Notes under the pieces: model-generated
What the model was told of the DNA's origin: nothing
Seen by the model: the letters and a program-made list of their open reading frames with translations, nothing else
Databases searched by the model: none
NCBI GenBank assembly: GCA_044350705.1
Contig: JBILHA010000001.1
Coordinates: 244,242 to 308,241, forward strand
Source of the DNA: Candidatus Kapaibacterium sp.
GTDB taxonomy: Bacteria > Patescibacteriota > Patescibacteriia > UBA9934
Length of the DNA stretch: 64,000 nt
Direction of reading: 5' to 3'
In this document: positions 48,998-58,689 of the stretch, in pieces
How positions within the stretch are numbered: the stretch's first letter is position 1
Layout of the letters: each line of letters starts with the position of its first letter
Program-made: the position numbers and the translations under genes

Positions 48998-49978
48998 ATG
49001 CATGGAGGACGATTCATTCGATGTGCGGCAATTTTCAGTGCACTAGGTGCATTCGTGTTGTTTTCTTCTGCCATTTTTCGAGAAGCTACTTCTTCGCCAG
49101 GGGTGGGTTTCACGTTTTCAACGGAGTATGCGCGCTCTTTGGGATTAGAACCGCAAGAGGTGCTTTCTGCGGCTCTTGAAGATTTTGATCCTGCTTTTGT
49201 GCGGGTGCCTCTTTATTGGAAGGATATAGAGCCTGCTCGGGGTGTATTTTCATGGGAAGAGATGGATGAAGTAGTGGAGCTGATTCGTGCAGAGGAGCGC
49301 ACTATTCATATGGTGATGGGGGCGAAAGTGCCTCGATGGCCGGAATGTTTTATTCCTTCCTGGGTGATGACTCATGATCGCCCTGCTTATGAGGAAACGC
49401 TTCTTTCCTCATTTCGTATCATGGTGAGTCGATATGCCTCGTCGGTAGATGTTTGGCAAATCGAGAATGAACCTTTTTTCTCATTCGGTGATTGTCCTGA
49501 GACGTCCTTAGCACTTCTTCGGGAAGAGGTTGCTTTAATTCGGGAGCTTGATCCTTCCGCATCTCTTCAATTTACGGTGAGTGGAGAACAGCAGATGTGG
49601 ACATCGGTCGCTCCGCTTGCGGATCGGGTTGGAGTAAGTATGTATCGCAGCGCACAGAGTGCGTGGTTTGGAGCGTTCACTTTTCCTGTTCCTTCCTGGT
49701 GGTACATTTTGATGCGTTTTCCGCTTTTGCACACGCATGAAGTGGTTATTTCGGAGTTGCAGATGGAGCCTTGGTTTGTGAGCCATCCGCGTTTTATTGA
49801 TCCTGGAGTTGCAGCGTCGTACTTTACTCCTCGTCATGCTCGGGATGCTTTTGCGTATGCGCGCTCAACGGGCTTTTCTGAAATAAGCTTTTGGGGAGTA
49901 GAGTGGTGGTATTATCTGCGTGAGCATGGATATCCTGGCTTGTGGGATGCAATGAAAGATTTGATAGGCGATCTATGA
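48998..49978 (+). CDS. Clan GH-A glycoside hydrolase-like protein
   Basis: VRVPLYWKDIEP, WQIENEP acid/base, ISELQMEPW nucleophile, FWGVEWWY. Confidence 0.75.
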   Translation: MHGGRFIRCAAIFSALGAFVLFSSAIFREATSSPGVGFTFSTEYARSLGLEPQEVLSAALEDFDPAFVRVPLYWKDIEPARGVFSWEEMDEVVELIRAEERTIHMVMGAKVPRWPECFIPSWVMTHDRPAYEETLLSSFRIMVSRYASSVDVWQIENEPFFSFGDCPETSLALLREEVALIRELDPSASLQFTVSGEQQMWTSVAPLADRVGVSMYRSAQSAWFGAFTFPVPSWWYILMRFPLLHTHEVVISELQMEPWFVSHPRFIDPGVAASYFTPRHARDAFAYARSTGFSEISFWGVEWWYYLREHGYPGLWDAMKDLIGDL

Positions 49979-51306
49979 AGAAAGCGTACGATTATGATGT
50001 GGTAGTGGTAGGGGGTGGATCTGCAGGCATTGCGGCTGCTGAGCGCGCTGCAGAAGCGGGGGTATCCGTTTGTCTTATCGAAGAAGCGCAGCTTGGAGGA
50101 GAATGTTCTTTTTCGGCGTGTACACCCACGAAGGCCTTGCTTCATGCTGCGCGTTTGTACTATTCGCTTCAACACGATGCGCCTCATCTCGGAATCTTTG
50201 CAGATCGTGTGCGATTTGATCTTTCCTCGATGCAGAAGCGTAAAGATGCCCTTCTCGAAACGCTCTATCGGCAAGGATTTCTTGCAAAAAAGTTTTTGCA
50301 AGAGCGAGGGGTAGATGTCGTGAAGGGGCGTGGAAGATTTTTTGATGACCACACGATTTTGGTGGGGGCATCAAAAAAGATTACCGGAAAGGCCTTTGTT
50401 ATTGCTACGGGGGCAGTAGATGCACCTCTTTCTTTTCCTTGTGAAGAAGATGTTCCTGTTTTGCGTTATCGAGATGTGGTAAGCATGAGAACGTTACCTC
50501 GGTCGGTGATCGTCATTGGAGGTGGTCCCATTGGCTGTGAATTTACTACGCTTCTGAATTTCTTAGGGGTGAAGGTTACTTTACTGCAGCATGCTCCGCA
50601 TATTCTTGTACGTGAAGAGGCTGATCTCGCTGCGCTTGCGGAGGCTTCATTGCGCGAGCGGGGAGTGCAGGTTGTATGCGGCGTTCAGGTGCTTGGCGTG
50701 AAAAGAAAAAAGAAGCGCGTTGAAGTGGTGTATCAAGTGGGAGAATCTCCACGATGTCGGGGAGAAGCTGATGCGCTTTTTGTCGCAACTGGACGTATTC
50801 CTCATACGGCAGGACTTCAGCTGGAAGGATTGAAAACACAGAAGCATATTTTTTTTGCGGGAGATGTAACGGGAAGTATGCAATTCACCAGTGTTGCCGC
50901 AACAGAGGGGAGTATTGCGGGATGGAATGCGGCGCATGTAGGGAGCGTAAAGCTTTATGAGACGTTTGATGATCGTGTTACTCCGCGAGTCACGTTTGTG
51001 TTTCCTGAGCTCGCAAGCGTAGGCCTTACCCTCCGTGATGCGAAGAAAAAAGATAAAAAGGCGTTTGCATATTCGGTTCCTGTGCGTACGCTTGCACGTG
51101 CGGCTATTGATGATCGTCGTGGGGGCATGCTGAAGGTCGTGCTTGCAGGAGATGGTGAAAGAATTTTGGGAGCACATTTGCTTGGCGAACGAGCGGGGGA
51201 GGTTATTCATGAGTATGCTCTTGCGATGCGAGCAGGAGTATCGTGGTCAATGATGCGTACCATGCTTCGCGCCTACCCGACCTATTCAGAAATTGTAGGA
51301 ATGTAA
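49975..51306 (+). CDS. Pyridine nucleotide-disulfide oxidoreductase (dihydrolipoamide dehydrogenase-like)
   Basis: VGGGSAG, GGECSFSACTPTK redox CxxxxC, IGGGPIGCE, AGD, C-terminal YPTYSE. Confidence 0.88.
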   Translation: MKKAYDYDVVVVGGGSAGIAAAERAAEAGVSVCLIEEAQLGGECSFSACTPTKALLHAARLYYSLQHDAPHLGIFADRVRFDLSSMQKRKDALLETLYRQGFLAKKFLQERGVDVVKGRGRFFDDHTILVGASKKITGKAFVIATGAVDAPLSFPCEEDVPVLRYRDVVSMRTLPRSVIVIGGGPIGCEFTTLLNFLGVKVTLLQHAPHILVREEADLAALAEASLRERGVQVVCGVQVLGVKRKKKRVEVVYQVGESPRCRGEADALFVATGRIPHTAGLQLEGLKTQKHIFFAGDVTGSMQFTSVAATEGSIAGWNAAHVGSVKLYETFDDRVTPRVTFVFPELASVGLTLRDAKKKDKKAFAYSVPVRTLARAAIDDRRGGMLKVVLAGDGERILGAHLLGERAGEVIHEYALAMRAGVSWSMMRTMLRAYPTYSEIVGM

Positions 51307-51335
51307 AACATCGGCTCCGTGGAGCCGATGTTTTA
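51304..51335. terminator. Bidirectional terminator
   Basis: taaaacatcggctcc gt ggagccgatgtttta between convergent genes. Confidence 0.8.
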
Positions 51336-52001
51336 CTTAGGTCGTACGGTGAGTTTTACGAATGCTCCCATCTCTGACGGTGCTTTTCCTGCCATGATTT
51401 GTTTTGCTCCGTAGTCTGCTGGTATAACTGCAGCAACGGTAAGTCGGGCATCGTGGCCGCTCCAGCGTGCTGACTGACTTGTATCGACTTTAAATGTCCA
51501 GCCGTATGCATGGGCATCTCCTGGCATCTTTGCATTGAAACTTTGTTCTTGCACTTTTTTTGCTGCGATTTTCACTTTTTCTTGGAAGCTTCGTTCTTCT
51601 TTATCAGGATGGCTTTCCGGTTTTTTCTCGCGTGATGTTTCGGTTACCAGTCCGATAGCTTCCCGGGTTTGATCTCCCGTGTGCTTTGCGACTAATTCGT
51701 AGGTTGCATCTTCAATGGGGAGATCTTCGAGGTCTGGAAGGGGAATGGAGGATTCTCCTACCTTTTCTCCCTGCTCGTTCACCCAGGCAACGTCGCAGTG
51801 CATTTCGCTATCAGGCGCTGCTTCTACCGTCTGTTCTCGTTCTCCGGCAAATGCAGGCCCTCCTAAAGCGATTGCGGGTCCTAAGATGCACATTACTCGC
51901 TTTCCTTGTTCTCTCAGCGAGTTTTCAAAGCGCTCAAGAGCTTTTCTTACATTAAATTTTCTCGCTTCAACTTCTTCTGGTGATTTTCCACGTTCCATCA
52001 T
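51333..52001 (-). CDS. Hypothetical protein
   Basis: 222-aa ORF ending at the shared terminator; charged N-terminus then signal-like segment. Confidence 0.6.
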   Translation of the reverse strand: MMERGKSPEEVEARKFNVRKALERFENSLREQGKRVMCILGPAIALGGPAFAGEREQTVEAAPDSEMHCDVAWVNEQGEKVGESSIPLPDLEDLPIEDATYELVAKHTGDQTREAIGLVTETSREKKPESHPDKEERSFQEKVKIAAKKVQEQSFNAKMPGDAHAYGWTFKVDTSQSARWSGHDARLTVAAVIPADYGAKQIMAGKAPSEMGAFVKLTVRPK

Positions 52002-52134
52002 AAAAGATTTTATAATGGATACATTTTACTCTTTTTTCATCTTTTTACATGGGCATAGGGTGGATATCTCTGATTATTCTATCCACGATCTCGCTGTATC
52101 ATTTTTTCATCTTCCTTTATCATCTTTTCACGGT

Positions 52135-52710
52135 ATGAACAATGATGTTGTCCTCGATATTGAAACCCAAAATACATTTGATGATGTAGGGGGTTATTTT
52201 ACTGACAAATTGAAGGTTTCTTTGGTTGGGTGTTATTTTTACGAAACCGATACGTACGAGTCCTTCTTGGAGGCGGATTTGCCTCAGTTATTTGCACGTT
52301 TGGAGAAAAGCGGTCGCATTATTGGGTATAACAGTATTGGTTTTGACATGCCGGTACTGAATAACTACTATGCGGGTGATTTGTTGACTTTGCCTCAACT
52401 CGATATTTTGGATCATGTGGTTCGAGAGCTTGGTTATCGTATTAAGCTCGATGATGTTGCGAAGGCTACCCTTGGCACGCAGAAGTCTGCACATGGATTA
52501 CAGGCGGTTGCGTGGTGGAAAGAGGGGAAGATTGATGAAATCCGAGAGTATTGTCTTCAAGATGTGAAGGTGACGAAGGAAGTGTACGAATTTGGGCTCA
52601 AAAACAACTATATTCTCTTTGATACGAAGCGTGGTGAGCGTCAGGCGGTGAGTGTTGATTTTGCTCCCCAGACAATCAGCCCCGCAGTAAATTTCACCCT
52701 CGGTTTTTAG
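52135..52710 (+). CDS. RNase H-like DEDD 3'-5' exonuclease domain protein
   Basis: VVLDIET, IIGYNSIGFD, KLDDVA, YCLQDV. Confidence 0.85.
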   Translation: MNNDVVLDIETQNTFDDVGGYFTDKLKVSLVGCYFYETDTYESFLEADLPQLFARLEKSGRIIGYNSIGFDMPVLNNYYAGDLLTLPQLDILDHVVRELGYRIKLDDVAKATLGTQKSAHGLQAVAWWKEGKIDEIREYCLQDVKVTKEVYEFGLKNNYILFDTKRGERQAVSVDFAPQTISPAVNFTLGF

Positions 52711-52785
52711 GAATTTTGCGACGCAAGAGAAGAATTCCGCGAAGGTTAAAAACAAATTTTACTTACCCACATAAAGATCTGTCGA

Positions 52786-52834
52786 ACACTATCCCTAGTG
52801 GTATGATCTGCAGGCAGCACACAATATGTTGTGT
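52786..52834. promoter_or_regulatory. Tandem NrdR boxes flanking an extended -10 promoter
   Basis: ACACTATCCCTAGTGG (52786-52801) and ACACAATATGTTGTGT (52819-52834), 33 bp apart; TGgTATGAT at 52799-52807; upstream of nrdB. Confidence 0.75.
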
Positions 52835-52903
52835 GCATCGTCGATGGTGGGAAGGAGGAGAAAATAGCCTTTCCAACCTGGCTATTTTTTTGTTGTCACA
52901 TTT

Positions 52904-53902
52904 ATGCACCAAACAACGCTCCAAACATTTGTTACTTCCGAAGCAACAATAAAGCAGTCGCGATTGTTAACGCCTCGCGCCGTATTTCGTCCTTTTGAGT
53001 ACCCTCATTTTTATGAGTACTTCCAAAAGCAGAATCAGGCACACTGGCTTCCTACTGAAGTCCCCATGGAGTCCGATATCGCAGACTACCGTTTTCGTCT
53101 TACGGCAGAGGAGTCGAATTTGATTATTCAAATTTTGCGATTCTTCACGCAGGGCGATATTGAGGTGAATAACAACTATAACCAGCATCTTATCCCCGCA
53201 TTCAACAAGCCGGAGATTAAAATGATGCTTTCTGCGTTTGCGGCCATGGAGTCCATTCACGTGTGGGCATATTCCTATCTTAACGATTCCCTCGGACTTC
53301 CAGAGAAAGAATATTCTGCATTCATGGATTACGAAGCCATGCGTGCAAAATACGACTATATTCACAAGTTCAACGTGCATGATATTAAAGATCTTGCGTT
53401 GAACATGGCGGTTTTTGGCGGTTTCCTTGAAGGCGTTTCGCTCTTTTCTTCATTTGCCATTCTCATGAACTTTCCCCGCATGGGCAAAATGAAGGGTGTT
53501 GGGCAGATTGTTACGTGGTCTATCCGCGATGAGTCGTTGCATAGCAAGGGCGTTTGTCACTTATTCCGCGATCTTATTTCCGAGAATAAGTATCTCTGGA
53601 CACCGCAGTTTCAAGATACGCTTCGCTCTGCTTGTGACGATATGGTGAAGCTTGAAGATGCGTTTATCGATACCTGTTTCGCCATGGGTGCGGTTCCTGG
53701 ACTTAAGCCAGAAGAGGTAAAGCAGTACATTCGCTTTATCGCCGATCGACGATTGAATGACCTTGGACTTGATGCGATGTATAACAAGGCAAATCCTCTC
53801 GAATGGCTCGATGTCATGATCAATGCCAAAGAGCATGCAAACTTCTTTGAGACTCGTGCGACGGAATATTCGAAAGGTTCGGTGCTTGAAGATTGGGTGT
53901 AG
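52904..53902 (+). CDS. nrdB: Ribonucleotide reductase class I beta subunit
   Basis: FFTQGD, ESIHVWAY (radical Tyr), LEGVSLFSSF, RDESLH, NFFETRATEY. Confidence 0.96.
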   Translation: MHQTTLQTFVTSEATIKQSRLLTPRAVFRPFEYPHFYEYFQKQNQAHWLPTEVPMESDIADYRFRLTAEESNLIIQILRFFTQGDIEVNNNYNQHLIPAFNKPEIKMMLSAFAAMESIHVWAYSYLNDSLGLPEKEYSAFMDYEAMRAKYDYIHKFNVHDIKDLALNMAVFGGFLEGVSLFSSFAILMNFPRMGKMKGVGQIVTWSIRDESLHSKGVCHLFRDLISENKYLWTPQFQDTLRSACDDMVKLEDAFIDTCFAMGAVPGLKPEEVKQYIRFIADRRLNDLGLDAMYNKANPLEWLDVMINAKEHANFFETRATEYSKGSVLEDWV

Positions 53903-53907
53903 GGAGT

Positions 53908-54186
53908 ATGTCTGAACTAAATGATAATCATCCTACAGTGCGTCCTGGCGATCAGGTAATAATTGGTCATAGAGCCTTAGGACAGGCGCCGTTAAAGGGT
54001 ATTGTTACTGACAATATTCACGATCATGAAGTGGAGGTGGTTTATTTAGATCATCTGGATAGAGCAATAAATGAAAATATTTATTGGCATAACGATCAGT
54101 GGAATCTGAAAGATGCGTTAGGAGGTGGATATGCTGATCATTTTCCAAGGTTGCGAGATTTTGTTTACATTTTAAGGTCAAAATAG
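53908..54186 (+). CDS. Small hypothetical protein between nrdB and nrdA
   Basis: 92-aa ORF with GGGAG SD, tightly packed between nrdB and nrdA; AT-richer than flanks. Confidence 0.65.
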   Translation: MSELNDNHPTVRPGDQVIIGHRALGQAPLKGIVTDNIHDHEVEVVYLDHLDRAINENIYWHNDQWNLKDALGGGYADHFPRLRDFVYILRSK

Positions 54187-54194
54187 TAATAATT

Positions 54195-56102
54195 ATGCCC
54201 TACTCGACAGTTATTGATGCGCTTTCAGCTAATGATCTCGTCGCTGCACGTGACATTCTTCTTGATGAAATTTTGCAAGATACTGCTGGAAAGGGAAGTT
54301 GGGATTCTGAATATTACATGCAAGAGTATAAGGAGATTCAGCAATCGCTTACGCTCGCTCCAGAACGCAATAAGAATTTTACCTATTTTGGTCTTGAAAA
54401 CTTCCGCGATCGTTATGCGCTTCGCAATGTTGCGGGAGATTCGGTAGAAGATCCGCAGATGTTTTTTGCGCGTATTGCGGTGGGAATGGCACGCGGCGAA
54501 AAAGAACATGCGCAGTTTTTGTACGACATCATGAGTAAGAACTGGTTCCTTCCTTCTTCGCCAACGCTCATGAACATTGGAACGAAAAAGGGACTTCCTA
54601 TTTCTTGTTTCCTCAATACCGTTCCTGATGATCTTGGAGGCATTTTCGATATTTATCGAGAGAACGCCTTCCTCGCGAAGTTCGGGGGAGGTATTGGAAC
54701 GGATTGGTCACAGCTTCGCGGACAGAATGCGCCGCTTATTTCTTCCGGTTTGAAGTCCTCGGGTGTTATTCCGTTCCTCAAGATCATGGATTCTGAAACG
54801 GTGGCTATTGCGCGTAACGGCGTTCGTCGTGGTGCGGCGGCAGCGTACTTGCGTATTGATCACCCAGATATTGAAGACTTTTTGGAAGTTCGCAAGCCAA
54901 CTGGTGGTGACCAAGACCGTAAAACGTTGAACATTAATATTGGTATTACGATTACCGATGAGTTCATGCGTGCGGTAGAAGAGGGAACGACGTATAAGCT
55001 TATTGATCCGCATTTTAAGACAGTCACGAAGGAGCTTGATGCAACAACTATGTGGCGCAAGATTCTTTCCATGCGCGCGGAAACGGGTGAGCCGTACATT
55101 CTTTTTATCGATACCGTCAATCGCGCGATTCCTCCTCACCACCAGGCGAAGGGATTGCAAGTTCGTCAGTCGAATCTGTGTACGGAGATTGTGCTTCCTA
55201 CTGATAATGATCGCACGGCTGTTTGCTGTTTGGCATCGATCAACCTTGAAAAGTGGGATGAATTTGCCGATCAAATTGATGACATTTGTTATGCCGCGGT
55301 AAAGGGATTGGATAACAATTTGGAAACGTTCTGCGACATGGCTGATCCGAAGGAATACAAGAAAGCGGTCTTTTCGGTGAAGAGTGAGCGTTCCATTGGA
55401 TTTGGCACAATGGGATACCACGGTTATCTCATGTCTAAGGGTATTCCGTTTGAAAGTGTTGCGGCACGAACTATCAATAAGACGATTTTCAAAACGTTTG
55501 GCGAGGCGGCGCGTAAGGCGTCGGCACGTTTGGGAGAAGAGCGAGGACTTCCTCTTGATGGTGGAACGCAGCGCAACAGTTATGTGACTTCTATTCAGCC
55601 AACGGCTTCCACGGCGTTCCTTTGTGGTGAGGCAACGCCTGCTATCGAGCCTATTGCGGGAAATGCGTATTTGCAAAAAACCCTTTCCGGAAGCTTCTTG
55701 GTGAAAAATCGTCATTTGGAAAATTTCCTAGAAACGAAGGGCATGAATACATCGGAAGTATGGAAGAAGATTATTGCTGACAAGGGCAGTGTGATGAATC
55801 TCGACTTCCTTACTGAAGAAGAAAAGGCGATTTTCCGTACAGGTTACGAAATGAACATGCGCGAGCTTGTGCAGCAAGCCGCTGATCGTCAGCCCTATAT
55901 CGACCAGGCGCAGAGCTTAAACCTCTTCTTCCAAACTCCGGTTTCTGGAAAATACATGAATGAGGTGCATATGCAGGCGTGGAAGAGCGGGGTAAAGTCG
56001 TTGTACTATTTCCGTTCGAGTGCTCCTATTCAGGCCGATTCTATTGGTGTGGGCACGCAAAAGCGTGATGTTGCGAATGAAGAATGTGCGGTTTGTCAGT
56101 AA
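54195..56102 (+). CDS. nrdA: Ribonucleotide reductase class I alpha subunit (no ATP cone)
   Basis: SSPTLMN, ISCFL, QSNLCTEI, VCCLAS, QPTAS, KSLYY, C-terminal CAVCQ. Confidence 0.96.
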   Translation: MPYSTVIDALSANDLVAARDILLDEILQDTAGKGSWDSEYYMQEYKEIQQSLTLAPERNKNFTYFGLENFRDRYALRNVAGDSVEDPQMFFARIAVGMARGEKEHAQFLYDIMSKNWFLPSSPTLMNIGTKKGLPISCFLNTVPDDLGGIFDIYRENAFLAKFGGGIGTDWSQLRGQNAPLISSGLKSSGVIPFLKIMDSETVAIARNGVRRGAAAAYLRIDHPDIEDFLEVRKPTGGDQDRKTLNINIGITITDEFMRAVEEGTTYKLIDPHFKTVTKELDATTMWRKILSMRAETGEPYILFIDTVNRAIPPHHQAKGLQVRQSNLCTEIVLPTDNDRTAVCCLASINLEKWDEFADQIDDICYAAVKGLDNNLETFCDMADPKEYKKAVFSVKSERSIGFGTMGYHGYLMSKGIPFESVAARTINKTIFKTFGEAARKASARLGEERGLPLDGGTQRNSYVTSIQPTASTAFLCGEATPAIEPIAGNAYLQKTLSGSFLVKNRHLENFLETKGMNTSEVWKKIIADKGSVMNLDFLTEEEKAIFRTGYEMNMRELVQQAADRQPYIDQAQSLNLFFQTPVSGKYMNEVHMQAWKSGVKSLYYFRSSAPIQADSIGVGTQKRDVANEECAVCQ

Positions 56103-56235
56103 AGATAATATAAAAAAGAGGCGTAAAATCTGCGCTTCTTTTTTATTTTTTGTGTTTTGTGGACATTCTTTCCCACATACGCTCTTGATAAGGTAAACTG
56201 CGATGTGTTATCAGTTTCCGGTATTTATTTCCTTT

Positions 56236-56661
56236 ATGACTATTGCAGAAGCATTAAAAACACTTCAAGAAGAACGGGCGATTATTGTTCGTGACAAAAC
56301 CTTTGAACCTCAGCGGCTTGATGAAGTCGTATTGGAATCAGGGGAGACGGTTTTTTGGGTGCATGCCAAGGATGGAACGTGGCTCTCTCTTGATGCTGAA
56401 GGTGAAGAGGTTATTCAGTTTGAAGATATCGTAGAGGAATTGGAGCCCGAGGATGATATCGTGGTATATGGTGGACAGGATTACGAATTTTCGTACGAGA
56501 GTAAGATTACTCTTCTTACTGACGATGGAGGCACGATGATGATGATGCGGGAGTTTGAAGGCCCTTCCGCGATTATTCGTCTTATTGAGGATGAAAGTAC
56601 AGGAGATACCACGGCGTCTTATGGTCGTAAGGTGAATGAGGAGGAGCTGCAGGAAGCGTAA
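56236..56661 (+). CDS. Acidic hypothetical protein
   Basis: About 141-aa Asp/Glu-rich beta-type ORF just upstream of the PBP gene. Confidence 0.6.
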   Translation: MTIAEALKTLQEERAIIVRDKTFEPQRLDEVVLESGETVFWVHAKDGTWLSLDAEGEEVIQFEDIVEELEPEDDIVVYGGQDYEFSYESKITLLTDDGGTMMMMREFEGPSAIIRLIEDESTGDTTASYGRKVNEEELQEA

Positions 56662-56667
56662 GGCCGT

Positions 56668-58677
56668 ATGGTCGGCGGAGGAATACGCAAAGCTGAACGA
56701 GGAAGCGGACGGCGCTTGCGCATGTTCCGTTTCTTCTTTTTGTTTTTTTGCTCTGCCATTATTTTACGTCTAGCAGTGCTTCAACTTCTTGACGCTGATT
56801 ATTATCGAGCGGTTGCGGAGAGTCAGCATGCGCTTTATGAGGAGCTCGTGCCGCGTCGAGGAACGGTGTATGTTCAGGATTACGGTGATCCTGCATGGTA
56901 TCCCGTCGCAACTACTGAGCCTCGCGCTGCCATTGAGGCAGATCCTCGTAAAATTACCGATCCAGTTGCTGTTGCACGTCAAATTGCCAGTATCGTTCAG
57001 ATGAATGGATTAGAGGAATATGATCGTCTTTCCGCAGCACTTCAATTGCGTGCTTCGGGGCGTATCGAAGAAGCTCAAGCGCTTGAAGCGCTTGTTATTG
57101 CAGCGCGTGCTGAGGATGTGCGAGAGCTTTCTTCGGAAGCAGGTCTCCCCCCTCCCTTAGATGCTGCAGAGGCACTGGTAGAGGGAGAATATGTGCCGTT
57201 AGCGCAGGAAGGAGAGAGCGTAGCGGTCGTTGCTCCCGTGCCTTCGCTGGAAAATAATCCGGTTGCAAAGCTTATTGCTCGTCTTTCGAAGAAAGAAGAT
57301 CCGTGGGAGCCGGTAGCGCAAGGAGTTACCGAAGAGCAGCTTCGTTTAGTGGAAGCATTGAACTTGGAGGGCATTTTTTATCGTATTGAAAATCAGCGTT
57401 CTTATCCGGAGCCTCAATTTGGAGGACAGGTTATTGGTTTTCTCGGTCGTAATGAACGAGGGGAGTTGCATGGAAACTATGGCGTTGAAGGATATTTTGA
57501 TGATTTTCTTTCGGGTACCCCGGGTTCTCTTTATGCGCAAGCAGATGTTACTGGGAGTTGGGTAGGGGTAGGTGATCGAGAATTTACCCCCGCGATTGAT
57601 GGGGGAAATTTGTATCTTACTCTCGATCGTACGCTCCAGATTGTTGCCTGTGGTCTTCTCGAAGAAACGGTGAAGGAACATCAGGCTGATAGCGGTGCCT
57701 TGGTTGTTCTTGAGCCTTCTACGGGGAAAGTACTTGCCATGTGCGGCTCCCCAGATTTTTACCCAGAGGAATATGGAACGGTGGATGATCTAGGCGTGTA
57801 TGTAAATCCAACGATATTTACTCCGTATGAACCGGGTTCTATCTTTAAGCCACTGACTATGGCCGCGGCTATTGATACGGGGGCGGTAACACCCAATTCA
57901 ACGTATTATGATACCGGTTCTCTTGATGTGGGATGGGTTCGTCCTATTAAAAATGCTGCAGATGGGGTGTTTGGAACGGTGACTATGATTCAGGCGTTGG
58001 AAGAATCGGTGAATACTGCCATGGTTTGGGTTATGCGTCAGCTTGGGCAGGGTCGTTTTAAAGAGTATGTGGAAAAATTTGGTTTTGGAAAGTTGACGGG
58101 TATCGAGCTGAACACCGAAGTCGCGGGTACAATTGCTTCTTTAGAAAATAGTGCTGAGGTGTATTCTGCAACAGCGTCTTATGGGCAAGGTATTACTGTG
58201 ACGCCTCTGCAAATTGCAGCAGCATATGCGGCACTGGCAAACGACGGAAAATACATGAAGCCTTATATCGTGGAACGAAAGGAATATCCTGATGGGACGG
58301 TAGAGGATATTGCTCCCACTTTTTTGCATCAAGTGATTACTCCTGAGACTGCCGAAAAAATCGCAGGAATGTTGGTCGCGGTAGTTGAATATGGGCATGG
58401 GAAGCGTGCAGGCGTGCCCGGGTACTATATTGCGGGGAAGACGGGTACTGCACAGATTGCGGAGAATGGCGTCTATTCTGCAACTGCATTTAACGGATCG
58501 TTTGCTGGATTTGGTCCGGTGGAAGATCCTCGTTTTGCCATGGTGGTAAAAATTGAAAATCCGAAGTCGGGAGTGATTTATGCGGAGAGTACCGCTGCGC
58601 CGCTTTTTGGTGAGATTGCGGATTTTTTACTGACGTATTACAACGTTCCTCCTACCCGAGCGATGAAGGCGGAATGA
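56668..58677 (+). CDS. Class B penicillin-binding protein (FtsI/SpoVD-like transpeptidase)
   Basis: N-terminal TM, PRRG, RSYP, GVEGYFD, LTLD, YEPGSIFK (SxxK), SVN, KTGT. Confidence 0.93.
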   Translation: MVGGGIRKAERGSGRRLRMFRFFFLFFCSAIILRLAVLQLLDADYYRAVAESQHALYEELVPRRGTVYVQDYGDPAWYPVATTEPRAAIEADPRKITDPVAVARQIASIVQMNGLEEYDRLSAALQLRASGRIEEAQALEALVIAARAEDVRELSSEAGLPPPLDAAEALVEGEYVPLAQEGESVAVVAPVPSLENNPVAKLIARLSKKEDPWEPVAQGVTEEQLRLVEALNLEGIFYRIENQRSYPEPQFGGQVIGFLGRNERGELHGNYGVEGYFDDFLSGTPGSLYAQADVTGSWVGVGDREFTPAIDGGNLYLTLDRTLQIVACGLLEETVKEHQADSGALVVLEPSTGKVLAMCGSPDFYPEEYGTVDDLGVYVNPTIFTPYEPGSIFKPLTMAAAIDTGAVTPNSTYYDTGSLDVGWVRPIKNAADGVFGTVTMIQALEESVNTAMVWVMRQLGQGRFKEYVEKFGFGKLTGIELNTEVAGTIASLENSAEVYSATASYGQGITVTPLQIAAAYAALANDGKYMKPYIVERKEYPDGTVEDIAPTFLHQVITPETAEKIAGMLVAVVEYGHGKRAGVPGYYIAGKTGTAQIAENGVYSATAFNGSFAGFGPVEDPRFAMVVKIENPKSGVIYAESTAAPLFGEIADFLLTYYNVPPTRAMKAE

Positions 58678-58689
58678 TATACTTTTCCT

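Noticed and set aside
49975-51306. Mercuric reductase (merA) call
   Set aside because: No C-terminal Cys-Cys pair, no N-terminal metal-binding domain and no mer genes nearby
51715-52134. N-terminal extension of the exonuclease ORF
   Set aside because: Overlaps the opposite-strand gene; the DEDD domain begins at MNNDVVLDIET (52135)
54708-55715. 335-aa antisense ORF within nrdA (and the 265-aa one at 47451-48248)
   Set aside because: Antisense shadows in register with real genes; no motifs
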